DNA of 59,554 nucleotides from a virus (IMGVR_UViG_3300027644_000013:1-59554), one strand, 5' to 3'. Shown: positions 28,936 through 39,162, counted from the first letter of the stretch. Notes: a model not told the origin generated them from the letters alone. Translations and numbers: made by a program.

Positions 28936-30193
28936 AGAATTTATCCACGAACTTAACTAGACGAACCTTGTCGTCGGCCAAAACCTTATGGGCGGTGCAT
29001 TTGTCTGAGTGTTGGTTCTGGAGGCAAACTTCCTCATAAGAAGCTGTCCCTGCAATTCTTACTCCGACAAGGAACGTCATAAGCCTAGACCCCTTCTTAT
29101 CCGCAAAAGAGGCCTCCTTAATGAGCGCCTCCGCCAACTCGTCAGATAGCGGATCTTTCATCATAAAGAATATCTGGGAGTGATCGAAAGACGTGGAAAC
29201 AACGGAGGCATCGCAATCCTCGATCCGCCGATCAACATCAAGAACAACCATGGCTACCCCATTTTCGTCAATCGGCTTGCAATTCATAATTCTATGGGAA
29301 AACACTCCAGTTCTAATCACTTTATTTGCCGAGGCTATATCCGTGTAGGCAGGGGAAGAGTGTTTTAGCACCCCATCAGATTCCAAGAAGTTACCGATAT
29401 AGCTTCGATTATTAGGGTCGTACTTTTGAGAGATTGATATGCCAGAAGGCCCCCATATTCTGCTTACAAAATCAGTAGCAATCGAAAGCCCTATTTCTTC
29501 TGGTGAAGATGCAATAATCTCTCCACGAAGCTCGGATTTGTCTAGTCGCATTAACTGGGACTTCAGATCATCCTTAAAAACACTTTTAATCGGAGGGTGG
29601 GTTATGAAGTTGCGTAGCTCTGGAGAGTCGTAATGCTTGATCTTTAGCTTGTTGCAAACCAAGGCTAACGGCCAAGAGTGTGCGCCTTGCCCATTTCTAG
29701 CCACAAACCTTTTTCTTTTGAGCTGAAATTGCTTGTCTGGATTCAAGATAGAAGGACTTAGCAATATCCCCTCGTCCACAATCCTTCGTGCCGTAGCCCG
29801 ATCTAATCCAAAGTACCCCTGCTTGGTCTCCACGGAGTCCGCAGAACCAAGAACATTATGATATCCGTGAATGCCCGCTGGCATGTTTAGCAGAGTCTCC
29901 TCAAGGTTTTCGGCTGGAACACCAAATATGCAATCTGGCTCTACTTTCAGAATATATGTCCCACTCATCCTTAATCCAAGAACCAGCAATTCGTGAAGCG
30001 CAATTCCTCCAGCCAAGTGTAGGTCTTCTTTAGTTTTATGGATAAGGTCTACATACTGCTCAATGTCTTTTGGATGCTGGCAAGCATTCGCAAGAATACC
30101 TATTTTAGAGTTTGGCAGTTTTTCCCTTATTGTCCTAGCTGTCTCGACAGCCAGATCTTTGTCGCCTTCCCATATTTGCATTACAACGATCAT
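28841..30193 (-). CDS. Glycosyltransferase-like (GT-A) N-terminus fused to a RepB-primase-like C-terminus
   Basis: MIVVMQIWEGD...YILKVEPDCIF (DxD-like); C-terminal VVLDVD...VVSTSFDHSQIFF...D...VRIAGT; ATGA coupling at 30193. Confidence 0.5.
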   Translation of the reverse strand: MIVVMQIWEGDKDLAVETARTIREKLPNSKIGILANACQHPKDIEQYVDLIHKTKEDLHLAGGIALHELLVLGLRMSGTYILKVEPDCIFGVPAENLEETLLNMPAGIHGYHNVLGSADSVETKQGYFGLDRATARRIVDEGILLSPSILNPDKQFQLKRKRFVARNGQGAHSWPLALVCNKLKIKHYDSPELRNFITHPPIKSVFKDDLKSQLMRLDKSELRGEIIASSPEEIGLSIATDFVSRIWGPSGISISQKYDPNNRSYIGNFLESDGVLKHSSPAYTDIASANKVIRTGVFSHRIMNCKPIDENGVAMVVLDVDRRIEDCDASVVSTSFDHSQIFFMMKDPLSDELAEALIKEASFADKKGSRLMTFLVGVRIAGTASYEEVCLQNQHSDKCTAHKVLADDKVRLVKFVDKFFTYDEALAVIRGLAESYKVRPPVTEPEPALP

Positions 30194-30786
30194 TCCACGC
30201 CCCACTTTTCCTTTGGACAACTCTGCGATGGCATTCGTAGTTTCGCCTCACCGCATCCACACACACGACACCGCCCAGTTCCTAGAAAAGCCGTCGGATC
30301 GTAGTATTCACACGACATACAAATAGATTTTCTCGCTGAGAAGGTTTCGGGCTTCACATGAGTTGTCAGCGTATTCGTGTTAATTGCTTTCACGAAAGCC
30401 GCCGACAAAGTCTTGAGCTGTTGAACTGGCGAAGGTGGCTTAAAGAACAGGGCCAAAACTTCTCTGGGAGATGGCAAGATTTCGCTATCAACTGCACAAA
30501 CCCAGCCATCACCTACACATCGCTGAATGTTAATGGCATTATTCTGATAACACTTCCCAATCATTCCCCTTCTAACGAATGGAGACAGATTCTTCCAGTC
30601 ATCCTCCGAGATGGTTTTGTAGAAATAGACGCTCCGAGTATCGCTTTCGTATCGAAGTGTCTTGCTGTGGGCAAGCTCGTGCAATAATGGGTCATTCGCT
30701 TCTGAATCTATCTTATAGATCCGCCTGTCTATCTCAATAGACATAAGGCCTGCTTCCAAAACGATTCCATCGTTAGTTATATTCAT
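30190..30786 (-). CDS. Protein with C-terminal Cys cluster (CxxC...CxxCGC...CPxxKW)
   Basis: ICMSCEYY...CRVCGCGEAKLRMPSQSCPKEKWG. Confidence 0.75.
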   Translation of the reverse strand: MNITNDGIVLEAGLMSIEIDRRIYKIDSEANDPLLHELAHSKTLRYESDTRSVYFYKTISEDDWKNLSPFVRRGMIGKCYQNNAINIQRCVGDGWVCAVDSEILPSPREVLALFFKPPSPVQQLKTLSAAFVKAINTNTLTTHVKPETFSARKSICMSCEYYDPTAFLGTGRCRVCGCGEAKLRMPSQSCPKEKWGVE

Positions 30787-33455
30787 TTTTGTTTAACACC
30801 TCCAAGCTCTGTGAAAGGAAGAAATTCGAGCGTAACATCAAAGCTTGTTTTAATAATTTGCTCCTCTTGGGCAGAGCCGTAGCATCCCATTTTTCCTGCA
30901 CCAGAATAAGTTGTAGGAGGTGTTGGCTGCCTTTCGTCGCATGGGTTTTCATGCCCTTCTGGACCAGGATCGCAGTCGCAGTTACACCCGCAACACGCAC
31001 AGAGATCACAATTACCAGAACAACTTTTGCAATCTTCGCATCCGTTACAATTAGCAGATTGTGGGCAATCTTCTGTTCCAGTAAAAGAGCTTGAATAGGA
31101 GTAGGCGCAGATTAACGGCTCGCAAGGTACTGGTAAATTACAAGGATCTTCCTTAATCATTGTTCCGCAACCATTTTCGAGCGGGACAAAAGCATTATAA
31201 ACCGCACAGCAATCGCAATCATCAGTACATTGGGCTCTAGTGGTTCTTGTGCAGCCAAATACCCAATTCCGATGCTCGCCGATTCCACTAACGGTCTCGC
31301 CTTCGCATGACGTAGCATTTCTAGAATAATTTGTAGTCCAAAGCGGAATAGCAGTAGACCAATCGCCAGATTTAAGCGTTAGCGTTCCGACTTGGTCTAC
31401 GGATTTCTTGTATCCATTCGCTGCATCTAGGTTCTCGTGCCATGTCTTGCACGTCGATATTGGGCTTAGATTTGCAGGATCCGTAATTCGGTATCCAAGT
31501 CCAGCTTGCGGAAATTGTGGTGTGGTTCCGCTATGCCAGCTTGACGAGTAAGGACTTTCATCCCCCGACCCCATAAATATGAAGGAAATGCAGAGATCTT
31601 GAGCGTCTGTATTTTTTATGTTAACATCAAGCGGAATTGGAGATTCCTCTAGATACCTTAACCCTTGGAAAGTAAACGGAGCTTTCGCCGTCTGAGCATA
31701 TCTCCCGATCGTGAGAGCATAATAAAAAGGACTACTGCATTTACTTGTTACATCCGATAAGTCAGATCCGCTTGGATGCGGAATTGGGGGACATTTGGTT
31801 AGGTCGCTTACGTCACTGCAATCTTCTTTTTCGTAGCATTGCTTCTCAGCAATACAAGTCAGCTTGTACGTTCCTTGATCTCCGTACACAGAGCAAGGAG
31901 CGCAACCTGTTTCATCTTGATCCACCCATTGAAGGATTGCCCTCTGGCGATCCGTTGCGTCATATAGTCTTATTCCGTCAGAATCGGCTGTACCAAAATT
32001 CGCAAGACCATTGGGGCAACCCCCAGTCATGGTTACATTCAGCCCTGTTGGGATCGGACCGCCTTTTGGGCGTCTAAATGACTCTAACTGAGTATTTGAG
32101 CAACTTTTCGGCTCAAATAGTAGTTCATCTGATTCAACCCCAACGTATTCCGCTAACCCTGCGCTATATCTAGCGATAAGAGCAGGCCCAGAAGTGAAAT
32201 TACTTGTTTTTGACAAGAGAGGAGGCTTTTCACCAAAAAAGTTGGGTAAAAATAAATTGGGGGGGGCTTGTATTAAATCCTTTACAATAAATCCGCCCTC
32301 GTCACACAAATCGTTCCCAAGCTTCTTAAGTAGCAAGTTTTCCTCTTGATCCCGTCTTATAATATCAAGATCAAGAGGGGTCGTTACTGCACATCCAGCC
32401 TCAAGCTTTGTTACTTTTTCTCTTTCGCCAAGCATCTTAGCCTTTAAGTAATCGAGTGGATCTGGGCATAGTCCGCTATCTTCGCAACCGCATTCAAGCC
32501 CTGTTCGCACAAAGAAGTTGTTTGCTTTTTGTGCATTGCTCCCTTGATAAAAGTTTGGCGACAAGTCTAGTTTGACTGGCTCTTCTTCCCAAAGTGAAGT
32601 CAATAGATTATATCGACTCATTGTCCCACCAACAGAACCCTTAAGACGAATTGTCGTCTTTTCTGACGATGAAGTACAAGTGTAAGAAGCTGTTCTAGTT
32701 TTCTTAACAGGCGAGCCGCCTGGACAGTAAAGTGGAAGGTAGTATGTCTGCTTTACTGTCTGCGATGTTTCTCCAGAACACTTTTTGTTTTGAGCTTCTA
32801 TGGAATGATCTAAAGCGCCAGTAAACTTTATTTCCTTTGTGCAGTTTATTATCTTGTGAGCTACGTCTGCTGGAATTGATACGCTTGATGCTGGACTATG
32901 ATTAAGGATGCAGTCTTCCTTGATGATGGAAGGAGTAAAACCAGACGGGAACTTCTTTGGCCTGTAAACAAACGGCCCCGAGAACCCCGCGCTAGGGGGA
33001 ACATCAATCTTTGTAACTATGCGTTCATCGTCTTCATCAACAGCATCGATGGAGAACTTTATCGGATATTTCGAGATTACATTTAATGGAATACTCTCTT
33101 GCGGTACAAGCGAGCTGTCTTCATGGCTCTTTTTATTTTTGTCCTCCCATTCTCTCAAAATAGAACCCTCTGATCCAATGACATACTGCTTCACATCCTT
33201 TCTCGTCTTTCTTTCCTTGGTCATGTCATCATAGTCATACTCAAGGTGACCTTGTGTGTTGATTCCTTTGGCAAGGCATCCATAGACTTCTTCGCCTAGA
33301 TCGGGTTCGTCGCCCCTATGGCCATCGGCAGTCTTTTCGTATATGTTGTTTTTTCTTACAGTATCTTCGGTAAGAAAGTATTTGTTTAGTACAGACCCAA
33401 ACGGATTGTGGCTACCGCTACCAAATCTCTGAAAAGCTGTGTGCCTACCCTTCAT
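30783..33455 (-). CDS. Large cysteine-rich protein (~890 aa), possibly tail tip/receptor-binding
   Basis: Dozens of Cys, e.g. CNGCEDCKSCSGNCDLCACCGCNCDC; ATGA coupling at 33455. Confidence 0.75.
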   Translation of the reverse strand: MKGRHTAFQRFGSGSHNPFGSVLNKYFLTEDTVRKNNIYEKTADGHRGDEPDLGEEVYGCLAKGINTQGHLEYDYDDMTKERKTRKDVKQYVIGSEGSILREWEDKNKKSHEDSSLVPQESIPLNVISKYPIKFSIDAVDEDDERIVTKIDVPPSAGFSGPFVYRPKKFPSGFTPSIIKEDCILNHSPASSVSIPADVAHKIINCTKEIKFTGALDHSIEAQNKKCSGETSQTVKQTYYLPLYCPGGSPVKKTRTASYTCTSSSEKTTIRLKGSVGGTMSRYNLLTSLWEEEPVKLDLSPNFYQGSNAQKANNFFVRTGLECGCEDSGLCPDPLDYLKAKMLGEREKVTKLEAGCAVTTPLDLDIIRRDQEENLLLKKLGNDLCDEGGFIVKDLIQAPPNLFLPNFFGEKPPLLSKTSNFTSGPALIARYSAGLAEYVGVESDELLFEPKSCSNTQLESFRRPKGGPIPTGLNVTMTGGCPNGLANFGTADSDGIRLYDATDRQRAILQWVDQDETGCAPCSVYGDQGTYKLTCIAEKQCYEKEDCSDVSDLTKCPPIPHPSGSDLSDVTSKCSSPFYYALTIGRYAQTAKAPFTFQGLRYLEESPIPLDVNIKNTDAQDLCISFIFMGSGDESPYSSSWHSGTTPQFPQAGLGYRITDPANLSPISTCKTWHENLDAANGYKKSVDQVGTLTLKSGDWSTAIPLWTTNYSRNATSCEGETVSGIGEHRNWVFGCTRTTRAQCTDDCDCCAVYNAFVPLENGCGTMIKEDPCNLPVPCEPLICAYSYSSSFTGTEDCPQSANCNGCEDCKSCSGNCDLCACCGCNCDCDPGPEGHENPCDERQPTPPTTYSGAGKMGCYGSAQEEQIIKTSFDVTLEFLPFTELGGVKQK

Positions 33456-33997
33456 GTCGTAGTGATGAGGACGCCACGGAAGCCATTCACACAAGCAGGG
33501 ACAACAATCGGAACAGAGAATGAGCTTTGAACAATGGGGTATGTTAGATTACGACCAAACTTCGGGAATGGCCTCTGCTTTACGACAAGGCCAAGGAAAT
33601 GGCGAACCTTAGTCTGCTTTGCCAGTTCTTCCTCTGGCTCAAACAATGGCTTAACTGTGCTATATCCCTTTATTTCGGCGGAATCTATAACGCCATCGGT
33701 TACTTCACACTCAATATACACAAAAGTCTTGGCTCCTGCGGGTGTTAGCTCCTCGTCAAGTCCCTCTACCTCTACTGTAGTTCCGTGAATAAATGATCCT
33801 ACTGGGCCGACGTAGTATTTTGACATTACTCCATTGGAGAAACGTCCTGGTCTGATCTGGAAAAAGGCGTGCCAAGCATAGGACTTGGGGTTGATAATCC
33901 CCTCACCAAAGAATCTTGCCCCACCCGAACCCATAACGAATCCGTACCCAGACGCTGGACTAACCCCAAGAGGGCCAAGGGATTTGGGTTTGCTCAT
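33452..33997 (-). CDS. Hypothetical beta-rich protein, first gene of the inverted module
   Basis: ORF coupled to the Cys-rich gene; start 54 nt from site 5. Confidence 0.7.
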   Translation of the reverse strand: MSKPKSLGPLGVSPASGYGFVMGSGGARFFGEGIINPKSYAWHAFFQIRPGRFSNGVMSKYYVGPVGSFIHGTTVEVEGLDEELTPAGAKTFVYIECEVTDGVIDSAEIKGYSTVKPLFEPEEELAKQTKVRHFLGLVVKQRPFPKFGRNLTYPIVQSSFSVPIVVPACVNGFRGVLITTT

Positions 33998-34046
33998 CCT
34001 CAACTAATCCGCCAAGGATCCTATTCAGCAACCTCCTCTATCACTA

Positions 34047-34055
34047 TGCGTCGCA
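34047..34055. promoter_or_regulatory. TGCG(T/A)CGCA-type site 5 (divergent)
   Basis: ATGCGTCGCAT perfect dyad; centre 34051 is 55 nt from ATG 34106 (+) and 54 nt from ATG 33997 (-). Confidence 0.8.
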
Positions 34056-34105
34056 TCCACTAACAAATCTCTTCCGTTCTCGCTCTGAGTCTTTTGGCTT
34101 ATCTA

Positions 34106-35074
34106 ATGAGCGAAAATAATACTCTGGCGCAAGCCGAGCAAACCCCTCAAACAACGGGTGCAGAACCACAAGTTACTGCACGGACGGAAACTGGTGTGGC
34201 GACACTTGATGAGCGTGCTTATCACGAACTCGTCCAAGGTCTAAAAGAATCGGCAGAACCCGCCCCGACTCCAGAGGCTCCCAAGGAAGAGCCTGCGGCT
34301 GAACAAGCCCCTGCGGTCGAGGAAGTTGCAACCGAAACTAAGGCCGAGGACGAGACTCAAGAATCAGAAGCCGAACTCCCCGAAAGGGTGCGGATCGGAA
34401 GCTGGTCTGAGACTGAACGCAAAGCTCTCAAGATTCGGGCTAGGAATCCAGACCTCACCCTTGAACAGGCTATGGCTATGGTCAAAGGTGAGGCGGAACC
34501 CGCCAAGGCACAAGAGGAGCAGTTTGTTGCTCCCGCCGACATCGAAACCAAGATCGACGAAGTAGCGCAGGCGAAAGCCGCCGCTTTTAAGAATCTTGAA
34601 TTCGACAAGGTTGCCGAGCTTGAAGTCGAAATGCTGAAACTGAACAAAGAACTTCGGAAGTCTGAAAAAATGGCTACCGAACGCGAATCTGTTCAGCAGA
34701 CGCAACGTGCCAAGGGAATCGAAGAAGCAAAGGCTCGTGCCGTGGAGTTTTATCCCGATGCGGGCAAAGCCGATTCAGCCCTTGTTAAGAAGATGAATGA
34801 GATCTTCGACACGATGGTCGATACAGGGAATCCCCTAGTAAAAGACCCTTCGATGCCCTTCAAGCTGACACAGATGGCCGCTAATGAGCTTGGGATTGCA
34901 CCTCGCAACCCTAGTGCAAAAGCACCCTCGCCAAGTGTCGCCCGCAAGGCTCCGTCTATTCAACCCGCGAGCGGTAACGCCCGCACAACTCCACAAGCCC
35001 CGCTTAATGCTAGAGATTTAGCCGACAAACTGGACGACCTAGAGGCGTATCAGCTCTTGATGGCAAAACTTTAG
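34106..35074 (+). CDS. Capsid scaffolding protein
   Basis: Acidic E/A/P-rich N-terminus, coiled coil, directly upstream of the capsid gene. Confidence 0.75.
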   Translation: MSENNTLAQAEQTPQTTGAEPQVTARTETGVATLDERAYHELVQGLKESAEPAPTPEAPKEEPAAEQAPAVEEVATETKAEDETQESEAELPERVRIGSWSETERKALKIRARNPDLTLEQAMAMVKGEAEPAKAQEEQFVAPADIETKIDEVAQAKAAAFKNLEFDKVAELEVEMLKLNKELRKSEKMATERESVQQTQRAKGIEEAKARAVEFYPDAGKADSALVKKMNEIFDTMVDTGNPLVKDPSMPFKLTQMAANELGIAPRNPSAKAPSPSVARKAPSIQPASGNARTTPQAPLNARDLADKLDDLEAYQLLMAKL

Positions 35075-35114
35075 GGCGAGGCTTACAAACCCAACAGAAT
35101 AGGAGGATATTAAA

Positions 35115-36671
35115 ATGGCTACCCTTTTAATTCCTGAAAACAATTCGACGAGTGCAATCTCGTCACAAGCTTCCAATTTTCTACCCGAACTTTGGAAGAA
35201 AGGGGTTCAACTTTCGGAGGCTGCGGAGAATTTCTTCCAGCAATTCGAAGGCCCCTCAGAAAGCTACCCAGTCATGTCGGTCCGTGACTTGAGCAAGGGG
35301 GCGGGGACGAAAATTACGTTCCGCACCATGGCTCAACTCTACGGCGAAGGCGTGCAGGGTGAAACCTTAATCCAAGACAACACGGAAGACTTCCGAGTCG
35401 GATCTTATAATCTGACTGTGGATTTCTTGCGTCACGCTGTCTCTTACAATCGTCGGCTCGAGGAGAAAACTGCTCTCGCCAGCGAATTGAAGAGCAATGT
35501 TCCTGTGATGCTCGGCAACTGGCTCGGACGGATGAAAACCGAACGACTCCAGAAGCTGTTCCTCCACAGGGGTACTGCGAAAAACTACTACCAGGCTAAC
35601 GGAAAGGCCTCGATCAATGCGCTGTCGCATACCGATACCCTCTCCTATGACGGCTTGATCGCCGCTGGTCAGCAACTCCGCACTCGTGGGGCTCGCCCTG
35701 CGACCATCGGCCAAGTTGGCAAGAACAAGATCCAGAAGTTCGTTATCGTTTCCACAGGCGAAGGCTTGCTTTCCCTCAAGAGCGAATCGAAATATCTGGC
35801 CGCCTTGAACGCCGCCGCCGCCGCTGAAGGTGAAGGTGCGAAGCAGTTCACTGGTGGATACGTTGATCTCGATGGTCACGTCATCCGTCAGTTTGACCCT
35901 GCCGACCACGATGGTTTCGGTGCGATCGGATCTCCGATCAATGCCAAAGCCAGCTTGGGCGTCGCCATCACCTCAGCTAGTGTCTTGGCCGCAAGCGCGA
36001 CTTCCTTCACCCTCAAGGGTGGTGGATCTGCTACCGCCGCCGCCAAAACCGCTCCGAAGTACTTCAAGTTCTTCAGCGGGTACACCTATCCGACTGGTCT
36101 CGACCAGAGCGAAACCGCCATTAACTTCTCGAATCCTACTGGCACAGCCAGCGGGACGAGCTACACGGCTGGATACGTTCTGATCCTGTCGAGCGGTAAG
36201 TATGGCTTGTACAAATACACCACAAACGACGGAAACACGCTGAACATCACCAAGGCATTGGTTCCTTCCGACGCAACTATCGGCGGAAGCAACACCCTTG
36301 CAGTCAAAAAGGCTACGGCCACGACTGGATGGGATGCGTCCGAAGCCACCCTCAATGCAAACGCATTTGCTGATTCAAAGATCACCAACTCTCACAGCGT
36401 TGGGGATTTGATTATCGAGTGCAACTCGTCGGGCGTACCGATTGGTCGCACGATGGTTCTCGGAGCAATGGCCGCAGTTCGTGGATACGGATCCTTGGAC
36501 GGCGAGCGTTCTGAAGAGACCTTTGACGGCCAGTTCATTCGTAAGACCTACATCACGAGCATATTCGGCCAAAGCCCTTATGTCCGTGTTGACGGCGAAC
36601 AACCCAACTACCTCGTACTGAACCACGCTGTTCGTTACGCAGGCTTGGTGTTGCCCGTAGACAACGTCTAA
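35115..36671 (+). CDS. Major capsid protein (N4 gp56/DUF4043-like)
   Basis: RDLSKGAGTKITF...GEGVQGE...DFLRHAV; AGGAGG RBS; biased codon use; followed by a terminator. Confidence 0.9.
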   Translation: MATLLIPENNSTSAISSQASNFLPELWKKGVQLSEAAENFFQQFEGPSESYPVMSVRDLSKGAGTKITFRTMAQLYGEGVQGETLIQDNTEDFRVGSYNLTVDFLRHAVSYNRRLEEKTALASELKSNVPVMLGNWLGRMKTERLQKLFLHRGTAKNYYQANGKASINALSHTDTLSYDGLIAAGQQLRTRGARPATIGQVGKNKIQKFVIVSTGEGLLSLKSESKYLAALNAAAAAEGEGAKQFTGGYVDLDGHVIRQFDPADHDGFGAIGSPINAKASLGVAITSASVLAASATSFTLKGGGSATAAAKTAPKYFKFFSGYTYPTGLDQSETAINFSNPTGTASGTSYTAGYVLILSSGKYGLYKYTTNDGNTLNITKALVPSDATIGGSNTLAVKKATATTGWDASEATLNANAFADSKITNSHSVGDLIIECNSSGVPIGRTMVLGAMAAVRGYGSLDGERSEETFDGQFIRKTYITSIFGQSPYVRVDGEQPNYLVLNHAVRYAGLVLPVDNV

Positions 36672-36683
36672 GTCTATTGGAGA

Positions 36684-36724
36684 GCGGGGTCGGGGGGAAA
36701 CCCTCGGCCCCGCCTTTCCTTTTT
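36684..36724 (+). terminator. Rho-independent terminator after the capsid gene
   Basis: GCGGGGTCGGGGG-GAAA-CCCTCGGCCCCGC stem-loop followed by CTTTCCTTTTT. Confidence 0.85.
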
Positions 36725-37015
36725 ATGAAGCTCGTCATCACAATTACTGGTTCTTCACGCTACAACCCAGCCATCAGACTCTCTGGTGGCTCTGGTCGGT
36801 ACTATACTTTTATCTGGAACAACGAATTTAATGCCCATGTCTGGAATCGAGGCGTTATTAGCCAAGAGGATTCCTCATCGGTGGATGATATTTTCGCTAC
36901 GAAAGATGCTTTTTACAGGCCAGCGGTTAAGATTCTTAAAGATGAGCCTGTTATTGATGAAACCCCTGCCCCTGTTGCAAAGACTAGGAGGCCTCGCAAG
37001 GCGGTGGCTGTATGA
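36725..37015 (+). CDS. Small virion-associated hypothetical protein
   Basis: MKLVITITG... after the terminator; basic tail. Confidence 0.65.
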   Translation: MKLVITITGSSRYNPAIRLSGGSGRYYTFIWNNEFNAHVWNRGVISQEDSSSVDDIFATKDAFYRPAVKILKDEPVIDETPAPVAKTRRPRKAVAV

Positions 37016-37695
37016 ACGTCACCCAAGCCATAGATGCAATTTATGAAGTGTTCGGCATACCAAATAATGCGTCTGCCCCCGAAATCATGCGAAGGCGGAT
37101 ATTCAACGACCTTAATTCGGCATTGCAACTCATCTGGTCAAAAGGGCATAGGCTTTTGGATTACTACACTCGTCAGACGATTACTGCGACCATCACGGCC
37201 AACTCAAATAATGTTGTCCTCAGTGACTCGGTGTCGGCGGTTCTAGGGCCTGTAAAGCGTGTTTCTGACGGACTAGGTCTTCGCCCGATCCGCACAAGGG
37301 GCGAGTACGATTCATTTGCTTCTATCTATGCTGGATCTCTGACAGCTCTTACTGGTGCGCCACCTCAAGCCTATTTTATTGATGAAAAACGACCAGACCC
37401 AGACGCATCTGATTCAACAAAGATCACGATGTTTGTAGTGCCGTCGCCAACCATAAACACATCTCTCTCGATAGAGGTTTCGCTTAAATCCCCAGCATTT
37501 ACGGTAAGCGACTACGGCACAAATCCCGCAATCGTAATCCCTATCCCCCACAACTACGCTGAGACCCTGCTGTTGCCTATCGCACGCTACCTATCCAGCA
37601 GTTCCCTGTTCTTTGCCGATAAATCCAAACAGAGAGAGCCTTTGCTAAAGGCAGAGTATGACAGGGCATTAAAAACCCTAGAGGAGGCCAAATGA
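37012..37695 (+). CDS. Putative head-tail adaptor
   Basis: Helix-beta-helix adaptor layout, G-x-P-x-x-Y, VVPSP, PIPHNY; position after capsid. Confidence 0.65.
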   Translation: MNVTQAIDAIYEVFGIPNNASAPEIMRRRIFNDLNSALQLIWSKGHRLLDYYTRQTITATITANSNNVVLSDSVSAVLGPVKRVSDGLGLRPIRTRGEYDSFASIYAGSLTALTGAPPQAYFIDEKRPDPDASDSTKITMFVVPSPTINTSLSIEVSLKSPAFTVSDYGTNPAIVIPIPHNYAETLLLPIARYLSSSSLFFADKSKQREPLLKAEYDRALKTLEEAK

Positions 37696-38561
37696 CATCA
37701 TTACAGCTCGCCCAAAGGGTCATTTCATTTACTAATCTTCCGAGCGATCCAATCTCTATACCAGCCGATCTGGCCGCTACGTTGATTGGTGCGATCAATG
37801 CTGGGTTTGCGAAATACTACTTTTCAGCTCCTTCTGGCCGTAAGACAACTCCTGTCACATCGTTCCAGCTTGCCCCTGTAAGCGTGTCCGTTGGCCTTAC
37901 CCAAGGATCTAGGAATGTGACAGGCCTTACCCTGTCCTCTGATACTGACAGGATCGGCGATACGCTTGAGATCGGTGACCGCAAGTGTCCTCTTGGTATT
38001 GGATCTACCCTTCGTGATCCGTGGTCTTTGGCTACTGGGACATATACTGGTCTGCTTTATGACGATGCGATCCCCCTGTGGGCGCCAATCCGTCGTATTG
38101 AAGGATCTGTAATCTGGGACGAAGACCATCGCCTAACCTTTCTTTCCGAAGCTCCGTTACGCCAAGACACCCTCACCTATTACAGGCAGAGCGGGCTTCC
38201 CGCTTACTACACAGCCGAATACCTCGGGGACACTATTGGCGGTGGAGCTAGGGCTTTAGTTCGTGTCATCCCCTTGCCCACAAAGGCTTCCTCGATCCGC
38301 TTCTCGGCCTCGCTAGAACCACAGCAGTTGGTTCTAACAGATCTACAGACACCTATCGGCATTTACACCCCAAGCTCTGATATCGAGGCTTTTTTAGTTC
38401 CCTTAATCGTTGGGGAGCTGGCGACAACTTCCCTGCTCAAACCAGAACTAGACAAAAACCTTATCGTAAAGAAGGCGGCGGAGTCCTTGGCCTTCTTGAA
38501 GTCGTACCACGAGCCTATCAGCGGTGCGATGAACAAGATGATGACTCCTGTGGGGTTCTAG
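37692..38561 (+). CDS. Second adaptor-like protein
   Basis: Similar layout (AINAG, SGLPAYY, RVIPLP) to the upstream adaptor. Confidence 0.6.
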   Translation: MTSLQLAQRVISFTNLPSDPISIPADLAATLIGAINAGFAKYYFSAPSGRKTTPVTSFQLAPVSVSVGLTQGSRNVTGLTLSSDTDRIGDTLEIGDRKCPLGIGSTLRDPWSLATGTYTGLLYDDAIPLWAPIRRIEGSVIWDEDHRLTFLSEAPLRQDTLTYYRQSGLPAYYTAEYLGDTIGGGARALVRVIPLPTKASSIRFSASLEPQQLVLTDLQTPIGIYTPSSDIEAFLVPLIVGELATTSLLKPELDKNLIVKKAAESLAFLKSYHEPISGAMNKMMTPVGF

Positions 38562-38562
38562 C

Positions 38563-39153
38563 ATGGCCCTTGTCGTACCACTCGCCTCTTCTGCCAGCGT
38601 CATCGAGAACATCCTCTTCAAGGTGCGGAGAGGGATTGCGTTGTCTCGGAACGCTTCACAGGCCAATCCAAACACAGGAGTAATGGTGGATCTCCCAGAG
38701 AAGATTGATTTTGAGATGACTCTCCTCAAAACCCACCAGTCCTCGGCCTTCCAGAGGATCGTTGGGACTACGGCCTCTGAGGGCGCAAGTGAGTCTAGGG
38801 TTACCATCTCCAATGAGGCCTCTGCCACAAACAAGGTCTCTGTTGATACGGAGTCGACAGATTCCAGAGAGCAGACTCGTGGTCAAGACTCTGAACAGAC
38901 AATCCGCACAGGCGGAGGAAGTGAAGGCGGAACCCAAGGATCTCAAGAGTCTGGTAGAGGCTTAGAAGGCGAAGCCAGCAACGAAAAAGAAAATGGGAAG
39001 TCTCAGTCTAGCTCAACCGAAGGAAGCCAAGGCAATGGGCAAAGTAGCGACGGAGAGGTCGAAAACAGATGCACATACCAAGATCACATAGCCTACAGGG
39101 AATATGACAAATTCGACACCGACACAGGCAAAATTGAAGGAATTTCTATTTAA
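38563..39153 (+). CDS. Trypco2-like N-terminal head plus long dyad-periodic beta-strand (paralog A)
   Basis: Shares VRRGIAxSRNAxQANPxxGVMVDLPEKIDFE with 39845; acidic residues on one parity. Confidence 0.8.
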   Translation: MALVVPLASSASVIENILFKVRRGIALSRNASQANPNTGVMVDLPEKIDFEMTLLKTHQSSAFQRIVGTTASEGASESRVTISNEASATNKVSVDTESTDSREQTRGQDSEQTIRTGGGSEGGTQGSQESGRGLEGEASNEKENGKSQSSSTEGSQGNGQSSDGEVENRCTYQDHIAYREYDKFDTDTGKIEGISI

Positions 39154-39162
39154 GGAGGCTTT

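Noticed and set aside
28841-34003. Opposite-strand module as an invertible segment of the serine recombinase
   Set aside because: No flanking inverted repeats seen; the left end overlaps a convergent gene and the right end shares a symmetric divergent site
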